Made by a program: the position numbers and the translations under genes. The notes beneath the pieces are model-generated. The model was not told where the DNA came from and searched no databases. It saw only the letters and a program-made list of their open reading frames with translations. Of a stretch of 64,000 nucleotides of DNA, positions 52,317 through 64,000 are shown piece after piece. The first letter of the stretch is position 1; the number at the start of each line of letters is the position of its first letter. The DNA is from Trichosphaerium sp. ATCC 40318 (lineage: Eukaryota; Protista; Tubulinea). The stretch covers positions 1 through 64,000 of the forward strand of contig JALMLS010000368.1 of assembly GCA_038496445.1 (NCBI GenBank), read 5' to 3'.

Positions 52317-53588
52317 GACGACCACCTCACAACCAAGCGAAACTGGTGATCACAAAAGTGTTTGGCGCCCAAAATCCGTTTTTTTACACAAAATCTTCTA
52401 CCACTCAATTCTCATCAAACAATCACCAGAGGTGTAATACGTGTTGTTATTTAGTACATTTTGATCACGTGGTACTCAGAAAAGACAATAAATGGCGAAT
52501 TTCATCGTTCTCGTTTTATTGCTGGCGTTTACTTGTTATATCGTTATAGGAGGTTTGTAATGAACGTATTGTTTAATTTCAACCACTAAATTACTCTCGT
52601 ACAGATACACAACACGAGGAAGCCAAGTGCGCGTTTGAATCACGTTTTTTCTGTTCCTATGGCTCATTTTGTGTTTAGAGATGATGGCCAGGCAGGTGAT
52701 GAACTACAGAATAAACGCAAGGCTAGGAAACGTAAGATAGGCGTAGCAGCGATAGTTATTGTGCTCAGCATCATTGCTTTTGCGTTCATAAAGGCTTGTA
52801 TCCTCAATCGTGTCAAAAAAGCAAACAGAGCATTTATTGGTTCCTCCCCAAATCGCAAAAAACATTTAGACCCATCAGCAATGCTGCATGCACGTCTTTT
52901 TGCAAAGAATCACAGATTGAAGAAACGAACTCATATTGACTAAACACACGTGTTGCTAGCTAAAAAATAAATCATGTGTTGCACTTGCAGCACACTAAGT
53001 TAAATCTGTTTATTACATGAACGTGTTCCCAGATCTTTAATGAGCGTTTCTAGTAAGTGAATGGATCTCGTGGTGTGTGAAACAACCTGAATAGACTTCG
53101 AGTGACTTCGTGAACTAGTTTCGTGGTAATAACATCCCAATAGACTATAGACAACGATAACGGTTTACATAGTCTACACTAAACATCACGTACCGATATG
53201 TAATTAACGGAACCTAGGATTAGCGAATAAGGAAAGAGCAAGATCCTGGACCTTTCACAGAACAATAACAACCTATGAATATAAGTGCAAGTCATCTAAG
53301 TGATCACGTGAAGCAAGTACATGACAGTACAAAGCTATTTTTTGCAACGCTAGAAAACCAAATATTTTGCTTGTTTGACCTAATTTATAATACCATAACA
53401 TCTTTTATCCATTTATTTGGCCAAAAAAAGGGGGTAGGAAAAGCCGAGCTTAGTATTTTTAGGCAAAAAGTAGCCTGAATTTCTATGACTTTTTTTTTTT
53501 GACGCTTAATTAGGATTGCTTCCAAATTTGTACACAACCGCATATTATTGGCGCCTTTAAAGCAACGAAGACGGTCCACACTATTTTT

Positions 53589-56329
53589 ATGATTGCTATA
53601 CGTACTAGGGAGTTGTGGTTAATATTTTTAACCTTTGGGTTGACCGCAGTGTGTTCTATGCCCGTGGCATCTATACAGGGTAAGTTTAAAACATATCAAA
53701 ACTACTAAACAGTCTCCACCTTCCTTTATTGTTTTTTTGCACCCCAACCATGCCTTTTGCTCGTATTCCTACTCTCGCTATTCTTTTAGAACGAACGCCG
53801 GTCAATTAAGCGCAAAAACGACTTTTTTAGTATTTTGCGCGTTAACTGAGTGTCTAGACCCACAGTTCAACAGAGACTTTAATGTCGGTGGCTTGGTGCA
53901 AGATATGGTATGGGAAGGTAATACGATAATTATCGCAATAAGTAATAGTACTGGTGGCAGCGTGAGTCGTCTTAACATTACCAATGGTGACATTGTAACT
54001 CACACAAATTTTTTGTTCATCTCAAATCAGCCTCAAGGTAACTTTCTTGCCTTAACTTCGGGTTATCTTAAACGGTATAGGAATCGTGAGATACAATGAT
54101 GGATTTTTAGTAGCCGGTGTGCAACAAGGAGGTGATATTGTACGTCAACATAAACTTCAAAAACCTCAAACTTTGTATCTCATTTTTTTCTTCTTTAGTC
54201 GATGTTATCTTCATCCTTGGCGCATATCAGCAGTGGAGACATTAACTTTGGTTTGGATCAACAACTATATAACAGAGACAAGTATAGACAGCTTGTGATA
54301 CATGAGAATTTCCTTTACATTGCTACTATCCTACAGCCGAGTCTTATAAAGTACGACTTATTAAACAATATTGTCACGGAGCATATGACGTATTTTGACG
54401 CAAATTTTCCAAGTGCAACTCAGGTAGGTTTAAAGCCTTTATTTTTTTGCTTATAATTACGCTCTGGAAGTTCTTAATTCACCTGTAACCAAAGTTTTAA
54501 GGTGTATATGGAAAATTCTTTCGTTTTCTTCATTTTCTTCATTTTTATTTGTTTTTGCTGCCTTTGTTGTTCAGTCAATTTACAAATGATTGTTCAATTA
54601 TTTACCCATACCATCACCTCAAAAAAATACCACGTTATATCTGTCCGAGATAAAAAACCAGTATACTTTATTTTCGGGAAACTTGAGCTCACTTTTTTTA
54701 CCATTGTTTTTTTTCCACTTTTTTTCTTAATTTTGTGTAGGGTATCACATTCTTACCGACTATACCTGGGCTCACTGATAACATGCTTATTTCATATCAA
54801 ACTGAACTTAGAAGAGTTGATTTTGAAAGTATGTAAGCGAACCATTGCAACATGAAACTAAAAAACAATTATTAGATCTTGAGGTTTCCAATACATCCTA
54901 TTATACCGACCCTGTTTTTGATGTCCTCCGTATTGAATACAACCATGACTTTGATGTTATTTTATTAAGTTCAAACAGAAACGGAGGTGATAGCTTTAGA
55001 ATCATACAAGAAGGTATGAACATTTAATTGACATATCGTTTTTTTCTTCATAAAAATTATGACACGCAATTCTTCAAAGTCTGTGCCAGCCATTAATCCT
55101 AATTTTTAGGTGATATTTTATTTTCCACCCCTCTTGATAAGCCTCAAGCAGCGACAATTGGATGTGGTCCTTCCACGTGCATTCTTTATGTTTCACACGA
55201 TGATAACGTAAGACTTTTTGATTTGGGACAAAACCCGTCTATGCCAACAAGCCTGTCTCCAAACCCTACAACAAATGCACCAACCATAACCCCTACAACT
55301 CTATCCCCACCTGTGTCGACAACTCTGCCCCCACTTGTAACAACCATAACCCCAACAAGTTTGTCTCCAATTCCACCTCCACCAAGCTCTTTAGAAGAAG
55401 AGTGCAATACAATCCATGGAGGTGTATTAATTGACTTACTGTGCACGTGCAATGGAACGGCCTTGATATTTTTTGATTCAATATGTGAGAATCAAACGTG
55501 GACCACATACACAACGCCTAATGTAACACAAGAAACTGACATATCAGGTTCACTCAAAATCGTTGGTATGTTACTGTTTTTCTTTTTGCAGTTTGACTTT
55601 ACTTCTTTTTGTTAACCTTGTGTACTCAGGTAACCTTAACTGGGAAAATGGATCAATCATCACATTAAATGAAGAAACAGAAATAGAGATTACTGGTTGT
55701 GTTGCATGGGGAGGTACGAGAAACGAGAAACGTTTAGTTTAGCTTGTGGCTTTTTGATGTATTAACAACCAAAAACAGGAGCGCTGAACATAAGTAACAT
55801 CACACCAACAACTGAACCAATAACGGTTCTGACATTCTCACAATTATGTCCTACTGCTAAAATCAAAGAAGTACCAATTATTGGAGAAACAGATCCTTGT
55901 ACAACAGCCAAGGCAACAATAGGTACAAAAAATCGGTTTTTTTTTCTTCAACAATAGTATGAATATTAAGTGTCTTTTTTTGAAAACCACATGACAACAC
56001 ACGCTCGTTGAGGATGTTGTAATTCAAATACCTTTAGTTCTGACTTGTTTTGTGATTTAGAAACCTCGAAATTGCTCCTCACCTTTGAAGGAGGATCATG
56101 CAGTGATGATAATGGAAGAACATCTTCATTTTCAACATCAAACTACTACATTATTGGTAGTGTACTTGGTTTTATTCTGATTGTTGTTGTTATTATAGTA
56201 ATAATACTCGCAACAAAACCAAAATGGTTGTTCCCATACACTCCAGAAAATTGGAATGCAAACATGAGAGTAGTATCTGTTCCCACAGAAAGTAATGGCA
56301 ATGGTGTAATCGAATCCAATAGCAACTAA
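53589..56329 (+). CDS. Type I membrane protein R7 (distant relative of the receptor family)
   Basis: Signal peptide, beta-rich ectodomain, Pro/Thr stalk, GSLKIVG/NL..ITGCV domain, TM IIGSVLGFILIVVVIIVII, tail PKWLFPYT. Confidence 0.72.
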
Positions 56330-56689
56330 AGTTGCTTATCTTCCTTAATTTAGAAGATACACTTTGACACATCATAATTTAATATGTGTCCAATACATAC
56401 TTGTAATACCACCGTGAACAAATAAATCACATGTTTAAGTGTACTGGTTACAAGTTGAGCACGATATACTTAAATAAGTACAAAAGCACCTTGTGTTTAC
56501 CTAGAGAATCAGCACTCAGAGTGAATTATGGTAAGCTTAAAACACCAAAGTACTGCCAATTTCCTGCTTAATAACCTAGCCAAAAGAGTTTGTACTAACT
56601 TTGTTACCAGTACTGTTTGATTTTAAACCATGCAAACTGCAGTTTATATTACACACACCACAAACCAAACTTGCTTGTTACATTGGTAC

Positions 56690-56945
56690 TCAAGATAAAC
56701 CAAACACCGTATAGTGCCTTGGTACCCTCATCTGTCACATTTGTTCATGTAAGATCAATTGTATGAATACCAACCAACGCCTTGATGGCTGAATTTGTTA
56801 TGTTTTTTTGCCTGTGCAAACTGATTTTACGTAACCCACCAGCCAAGGCTTTCACACCTTCATTTGTAACATTTGTAAAATGATAAATCAATATCACTTA
56901 CACTAGCCAACGCCTTGACACCTTCATCTGTTCATGTTTACAACA
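56690..56945 (-). pseudogene. Orphan degenerate LRR cassettes
   Basis: TDEGVKALASVSDIDLSF/TNVTNEGVKALAG...LVGIHTIDLT*TNVTDEGTKAL, with frameshift and stop. Confidence 0.75.
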
Positions 56946-57119
56946 ACTAACCTATGTTTGCTATGTACTATGTCATGTAAAGTGCTTCTAAATTAATGTG
57001 CGTACAAGTAACTACTAATTGAACATAGAAAGTTGAAGACTTGTCATTGTACCAACAATCTATCGCAAATTACGAAATCAGCAAAATTTTATTTTCTTGG
57101 CGTGATTACAACATCTACA

Positions 57120-57815
57120 ATGCATTGTGCCAACAAACAAATCTCGATACAAACGAGCAATGATAAACTGATTGAAGATTTGCCACCAGAAGCGCTAACA
57201 CATATTTTACGTCATTTAAACAGAAAGAACCGTATCGTGGTGTCTTCAGTTTCTCACGTGTTCAACAACATTATTCGCCGCAATATTGGCTTTAATCGAA
57301 TCGCATTGAAAGATTCGGTTGATTGTATTGTTCTCAAGGATAGTCCTTTGCTAAAAAACACCAAGATAACGTGTTATGACTTGGGACTATCAGAAAGTGA
57401 TTTTTCTTGCCTTTCTGGTGTTCGAAACATCGATCTGTCATTTACAAATATTACATACTCACATATCATCTCATTAATGCAAGGAGGATGTCACTGCATA
57501 CACACCATTGACTTGTCATACACAAAGATAACAGATGTTTCTTTGATTGCACTGGAAGGTGTACACACAATAGATATTAGGAATTGTTCGAATATAACTG
57601 TTGAAGGAATAAAAGCGCTCAAAGATGTACATGAAATATCAATCACTCGTCCAAAAGACTCGTGGCTCAAACATCTTGGGAATGTACATACTGTTCATAT
57701 TTTTAGGGGACAGTCTATCACAGATGGACTCAATTCATTGATCAATGTTAAGCACCTACATCTGTGCATGTGTACCCAGAAAACGGACTCAGATTTAAAG
57801 TATTTGGTCAATTGA
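57120..57815 (+). CDS. F-box/LRR protein F4 (C-terminally frameshifted or truncated)
   Basis: LPPEALTHIL, DSPLLKNT, LRRs similar to F1; the F1-like terminal segment (EDVEALGIIW) lies out of frame downstream. Confidence 0.8.
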   Translation: MHCANKQISIQTSNDKLIEDLPPEALTHILRHLNRKNRIVVSSVSHVFNNIIRRNIGFNRIALKDSVDCIVLKDSPLLKNTKITCYDLGLSESDFSCLSGVRNIDLSFTNITYSHIISLMQGGCHCIHTIDLSYTKITDVSLIALEGVHTIDIRNCSNITVEGIKALKDVHEISITRPKDSWLKHLGNVHTVHIFRGQSITDGLNSLINVKHLHLCMCTQKTDSDLKYLVN

Positions 57816-58110
57816 ATCATATGGACGAAATATAAAAAAAGAAGATGTTGAGGCATTGGGTATAATTTGGGTCAACAAGCTATAATAAAGAATCAGTCCA
57901 AATAACAGTAAATTTAAGCTCTCAAAATAAACAAAATATTGACTCGTCAAATACACACTACTCTTGCTTCATTGCTAACTTACTGAATTAGTAGTTATAT
58001 ATTTTGTATCCAATGGTTTACATTGGTTCACTGTTCTTGGTGATTATTTCTACATTGGCAACATTGAAGGAAAGGTTATTTTTTTTTTTTGAATTTAGTA
58101 ATCTATTAAT

Positions 58111-60448
58111 CTAAAAATCATCGTAGTTTTGAGGTGGTAGCCACGGACTCTTATTCATGTGAGGTTCATCCATATACCCGTGTCGGATAGAAGGCATTTT
58201 AAAGTTAGTTAGGCTATCTGGATCCGTAGGAGGTGAATAGCAAGTCTAAAAACAATTGGCATTAAAACAAGTCACAAAAGAGGTCAAGTACAAACTTTTT
58301 TGTACCTTAATACACATGGCTTCCTTGGCTTCCTTGCTTGAAAAGTATTCATATTGGTTCTTCCAGCTCTTTACTTTATTCTCTTTAATCTTTTTGTCCT
58401 CTTCAAATGGCATAGCCTCCTTTCTACGACCAATCCAATCTTCTATTACAGTAGGTTTACGCTCAGGGAATCTCTCTTTGAAAAGTCTCTCCCAATACCG
58501 GTTGCTAATAGACAGGTTCTTCATACTCTTGCTTACTCGATTCATTTGAACCAATGTCACTACAAGAGAAATACTTGTAAGTAAAAAAGAGAGACAACAA
58601 GGGCACACCTCTATCAAAGAATTCGAATACTTGGTGCACAAGTTCAGGCGGAAGTTTGGTAAATGGTTTAAAGGACACGTGAACGTATGAACACCAAATT
58701 AAGAGGTTAATACGCTCTCCTTTTGTTATAGGTGCAGCACCATGCTCATGAATACCTTTATGAAGAATACACGCTCTAGAAAGAATATCAACAAAAACCG
58801 TTGTAAAAAAAAAGGTGAGAATATAAAGTTACCCAACACGTTGTTTGATTCTGATGGCGTCTTCCTTAGCCCTCTCTTTAGGTCCTTTTACCATTATAAG
58901 ATCCCCACCTAGATTTTTGGCTATTAACAACGGGGGTTTTCAAGAAGGACGAGAGTTATGTACCTTCAAAATCGGTGCCTATGCATATATTCAAAGTAAA
59001 TATCGAGGCGTCAGCGTGCATATGGTGACTAAACATATTTAATATCTATTTATTTAAAAAAAGGATGACCACACACCTCACATCATTAGTATTAGCTTTA
59101 TAGCGTACCTATATATCATTTAAAACAACAACAATAAAAAAATAATGTCAAAAAAAAAATATGTTTTTGATGGACAGCATCCTTTACGTACAACAAGAGC
59201 AAAGTCACCTTGTAAAGGCAACGGTGTATTGTATAGTTTTTCTACTACAGGCGACATGAGAGCAACAATAGCATTGATCCAAGGTCGAAATCCAAGCTCA
59301 TTTAAAATCAAACCACCGCTATCAAGATTTACTCCGGAGTGAAATTCCTCAATACTTTTCAACTCCTCAACAAGCTTGCTACAATCTTTGTGATTATAAC
59401 ATACCACAACAAATTAAAATACAAAAACAAGTTTAAAAAAACACGTGCCTGCAAGTACCGCCAGAAAACAAGTCAAAAGTGTGAACACCTAAACAAATCT
59501 CAACACAGCAACTTTCCGGTGTGATTTCGTTCACTGTCGTACCCTTGTGAGGTGTTGAGACTGCAGAAATACCATTTTTGAATAAATCAGAGTCTTTTAT
59601 GTCATTGGTTGCATTGACGAGGAGATTTTGATGTTTTGATTTGTATGGTTTGTAGGAGTCATCCGTCCACGCTTTCATTCTTCCGGTCCTCTTCTTTTGT
59701 GGAGCTTTCTTCTTCTTCTTTATAACAAGTGATGGTCCATCTGATGCCGTGCTCTTAGGTGGTGCACTACAAAATATAACACTGAGTGATGAAACAAAGG
59801 CTTTCTTTGTTTACGCACATTGGCCTTTTTTTCGCTATTGGTTTAGGAGCAGACTTTATTTTTTTACTGTGACATTGTTAACTTCCGGACAATGTATCTT
59901 ATGCACCAAATAAACGCACGTGATTTTTGTTAAAGGTTTGAGAGTATAAACCTTTTCCTTCTTTGATCGAAACTTCAATTCATGAACTACAGAACATCAG
60001 TGAGACAGCTCAGGTTTTCATTCAAAAAATAAAATTGCAAAAAAAAAAAAAGACTGTTACCGAGTTTCATATCTTTGTAGTTTCTTTTGAACTTTATTAT
60101 AACGCCTAAATCAAACACACCCCATCCTAGTCTATACACAGAGTCAGTAATAAGCGTTAAATGCAAATTAAGAAAAGTACGCAACGTCATGTTTACAAAC
60201 AACATAGAGTATCTTAAAACTGTGTTTTACGCATTTTCTGGTGAACAGTTGACTGGTATTAGTGGTACTTGCCTTTTTATTTGAAAAGGTGGCTTAGACA
60301 CTTCTACACTAGGTGGCTGGAACGTCGGGTGTAAATCGAACCGTACAGAGGCAATAGAAGCTTCATCTGTACAAGAAACGTACAGCTTCCAATTCCAAAC
60401 ATCTGCGCCCTTTACTTTGGTAGCTGTGTTTCCAACAGTGAGACTCAT
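58111..60448 (-). CDS. YEATS / 2OG-Fe(II) oxygenase / F-box fusion protein
   Basis: YEATS: VGN..W.LYV..VRFDLHPTF..PPF...GWGVF. Oxygenase: HADASIFTLNICIGTDFEGG..LHKGIHEHGAAPITKGERINLLIW. F-box: FTKLPPELVHQVFEFFD..RVSK....W. Confidence 0.82.
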
Positions 60449-60604
60449 ATGCTTTAGACTCAGTAGAACTGTTTCCAACAGTGACTGTTTTTCACGTAAT
60501 AACTTTAATGACAACCCTACCTTAATAACGCAAAAATATCCATTGTTAAGTGGTTGTTCTTTATTCAAGTGTATGTACAAATAAAAAAAAAGAGTCGGCT
60601 CTCT

Positions 60605-62775
60605 TCAAGTTTCAGTAAGTACAGAAGATTCTTCTGTAGGCATTGACATTGACATTGACATCGCTATTGACGTTGACGATGACGATTCGCTTGAATCATC
60701 ATTATTAACTAAAGGTAACACGTGTTAGCATTATTTATTGTGATCCAAATTACGTACTCATTACTTCTTGGTGTGGTTCTCGATCTTCATCTGTATCAGT
60801 CGCTGTGGCTTGTCTGTCTGTAACAGATGTTTTTGAAAGCCTAAGATGACAATATAAGCAAACTCAAAGACACCAGAACGTAATGATGATCTCGTACTTT
60901 CTTGAAGCTCCTTCCAATTTCCAGAATAATTTGAAGAAAGGATAAGAAAGGTATACTAGCATAGTACAAGCTATAACTTCAAGAATAAGAGCAATAGCCG
61001 CAAGCACCAAGTTTACGATTGCGAGCACCAAATGTTTCACACGAATCCTATCATGTTTCGCACTACAACCCAAAAACATCAGAAAAAAGAAAAACGCGTT
61101 GGAGAATAAAATAAAAAAAAAAACAAAACGTACAAAATCCTTGTTCTCAACGCTTGACCGTTTTCAATAATAAGTGTCATATTATTAAACCAATCTTTAG
61201 GATCAATATCAAAAGGATGACTGGCATTGTGCCTCCCAATCTCCTTAGAAAATTAGTATTTTCGCCAACAGTCCAAAGAAAAAAAAAAGAAAGGTAAAAA
61301 AGAAAAAACTTACTTCAAGCACAACGTTTAACCATTCATCTGTAAGAGCACGAGCTTTTATAATTTCTGGGCTACTCTATTAAAAGGTCAATATAGATGT
61401 AATATTATCACAAAATAAGACAAGAAGGTACCACCTCAAGGTCTCTAGCAAACGCCAAGTCATCCAAATCAAGTAAAACATCACGTTCTTCTAAACTATC
61501 CCTTGATTGATCCACAACACGGACAACTTCCAAGAACTCTTCTTGACTCTCAAAGTACCCTTTAAAACAAAATAACATGTCAATACACACCACAGAGAAT
61601 AAATAAAAAACATACCTCTTTCAAGTTTCAAAGCAACTGTCTCTCGCTCTATACTCAAGTATTCACTGTACTGATGACAAGTAAGTCCCAAAATAGCTTT
61701 TAAATAATAAAAAAAGTTGAAGAACCGGAAACTAATATCCCGGGAGCCGGCTGTTTTTTTTGTTTTTTTTGTTTTTTTTTTTTTTGTTACGACGTACAAG
61801 TGAGTCTCGAAGGATACCATAAAGACCTCTGCTTACATCCTCATACTTTGAAAAACTAGCAGCTACTTCAAAGCTCTTAAAATTTGAATTGACTACTGTA
61901 AAGTACTCCAAGGTTGCATTACTTGGGATAGTTTTAGCATCAACCTTTTTTCAAGAGAATCATTAGTTTTTTTTTTTTTCGCACGTGGAGAATATCCGTA
62001 TTTGTTTTTTGCGTTTTTACTTTCCAAAACACGTGAATTCCAGAAAACAACTTAAAAAGGCATTGGATTTTAATGTAATGTATATTTTTGGGTGGTACTC
62101 TAAAACTGCGAATTGGAAGGGAAAACGATTTCGCGTTTTTTTGCGGACGCGAAAGGGTTTTTTTTTTTTTCCGAAACGAATTTTTTTTGAATGTTGTTCG
62201 CACTTGTTGACGTATTAGATAAAGCTCCTCAAGCCTTGCGAATGCCTCATCTAGTATCTCATGATGCCGCACTTTCCGGTCGTCAAGCCTATGCACCGTT
62301 TCTATAGCGTCATCGAGCTTACGACGAGCCACCACTGAGAAACGCACAAAAAAGTTAACAAAAAAAATCGCAAAATCAAAAAAAAGATCTATCGTCATAT
62401 CGCTTTGTTGTACCTAGTCTATCCTCAACATCTGGTGTATTGTTGAAGCCGTCAAGGTGTAAAACAGACAATCCGCGTTCTTCAGCAGCAACAATTGTCA
62501 AACCGATACATTCTTCAAGAAGTAAATCCCTGTGCGCCAAAAGGGACGATTCGTGTATTTCTAGAACAACCAGGAGGAAAAAGTAGAAAAAGAAAATTGC
62601 ACTCAACACGCCTTGAATACAAATGTTAGAAGTGGCGCACAGGTAATATCTATACTCATTACGTACCTACACATGCTCGAAATATGCCTATACGAAGTCT
62701 ACGTCTAACAGTCTTTTGACTCCTTGTTTTTGCCGATTTACACCCACAGATCAACGCACATTGATATAAAACCAT
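60605..62775 (-). CDS. Hypothetical multi-exon membrane protein
   Basis: Exons join by GT-AG into a helical protein with a C-terminal hydrophobic segment (HLVLAIVNLVLAAIALILEVIAC). Confidence 0.6.
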
Positions 62776-64000
62776 TTTTGGTGACTACACTGTCGCGTTG
62801 TAATGATCGTTTAAAAAATGCTAAAATAGACAGTGTGAAAACTAAACAACTCCGAAAACTGCGGAAAAAAAAAAAAAAAAAAAAGACCTCATGGGACGGA
62901 AACGTTCCCAGTGGAGTTATGTGTTGAATGTAACGACTCACAATGTGTTTGTTTGTTACAAACGATGTAGATACGAAGTATGAGTGTACACAGGAGGTTT
63001 TTATTAGGCGTAAGAACGAACAATGAGAAGTGGCATGTTTTTAACAAAAATGTAAAGTTTAGTTTTTTGTTTAATACGTAGTTGCAGTATACCTCCTCCA
63101 ACACCTTCATACACATCAATTTATCCCATACGGGGGTTGTTATATAGTATTATGTATAATCCGAATGAATACCATAAAGGGAGAAGTTCGTAATTTCAAG
63201 TTTTTACGAGCTTCCTACTTCAAAACTCTGTTTTCGGTGATTTATAAATACCCCGTCTTTTGATGTAAGTTCATAGCTTATGCGTGCAAAAAACAGCTGT
63301 GTCTTAAACCGTGAAATTTCAATTTTAACTTGAAAACGAAATACCTGTTGGAACATGTGCGAGGAATCGTTTTCTTAACCATCTCAAAACACAAAACGCA
63401 TAATCTTTATTGCACTATAGTATTACTATCTTGTTTCATCACAACCAACTTGAGTATCACTAGTAATGGTAGAAACTAGACAACACCGTGTAGCTAGCAT
63501 CGTACCAAAGTTGCTTCTTTTGGTATACAAATTGAACAAAACGTATTGTGGTCTTAATCTTCACTTGCTATCGTATTTTTCCTCAATGCAGTTATGATCC
63601 ACAGTTGAGAATAAAACCAATTAGTAGTAAGCACTTTACTTGATCACATACAAATGTGTAACCATTCCTAGCCTACCCAAAAAAAAAAAAAATAATTTCA
63701 AAAAGCCTTCAACGTTTTTTTGCGTCAAATGAAAACTGTACTTTTTGGGGGTGACAACAGTAATGCAAGTAAGCAAAAAGGTAGTTCTTTGATCAACCAG
63801 CTCGCCGGCGTAGTTTTTTAAAATTACCATGTAAAGTAAATGACGAATACAACGCTAGATATTGAAAGACTGCTAGGTTCTAGGCAATCATCCTGCGCGC
63901 GAAATTAACTTTGAAGTACATAAACAAACCTTACAATGTTGTCCGAATACTACTGCCGAAGGGCACGGGGGCAACACCAAATAGGATCGCTCTACCTAGA

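Noticed and set aside
52659-52943. Short ORF with one hydrophobic segment upstream of ISWI
   Set aside because: No homology or splice support; cannot be distinguished from a chance ORF.
59440-59452. Additional CAG|GCACGT GC donor
   Set aside because: An upstream GT donor (GTACTT) gives the correct frame.

Overview
AT-rich (about 35% GC by eye) eukaryotic nuclear DNA, probably from a protist, with many short spliceosomal introns. The ORF track therefore fragments most genes, and I rebuilt the gene models by hand from GT/GC-AG boundaries. Roughly 1-46 kb and 53-58 kb are a fast-evolving accessory region with two interleaved expanded families. (1) At least six paralogous type-I membrane 'receptor-like' genes, plus one distant member, with a variable ectodomain, Pro/Thr stalk, conserved Cys-containing juxtamembrane domain, TM helix and a PxLR..PY[ST]L tail. 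(2) F-box + short-LRR genes (GSPLLKNT motif) with intronless LRR regions, one of them built from near-identical 63/66-bp cassettes whose substitutions concentrate at predicted binding-face codons, plus orphan and out-of-frame cassettes. A circularly permuted inverted duplication (13.0-17.5 kb) created a young receptor pair in which some introns are identical while the ectodomain exons carry clustered amino-acid changes. Also present: a dual-specificity phosphatase, a SAM methyltransferase, a secreted glycoside-hydrolase-like protein, a MINPP-like histidine phosphatase with an altered catalytic motif, ISWI, an unusual YEATS/2OG-Fe(II) oxygenase/F-box fusion, a PEX6 pseudogene fragment, and LINE, TIR and Merlin-like transposon remnants. 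CACGTG looks strongly over-represented, and at least five introns appear to be GC-AG. Best candidate for an undescribed system: a diversifying, immune-like locus of surface receptors plus F-box/LRR adaptors (this is inference).
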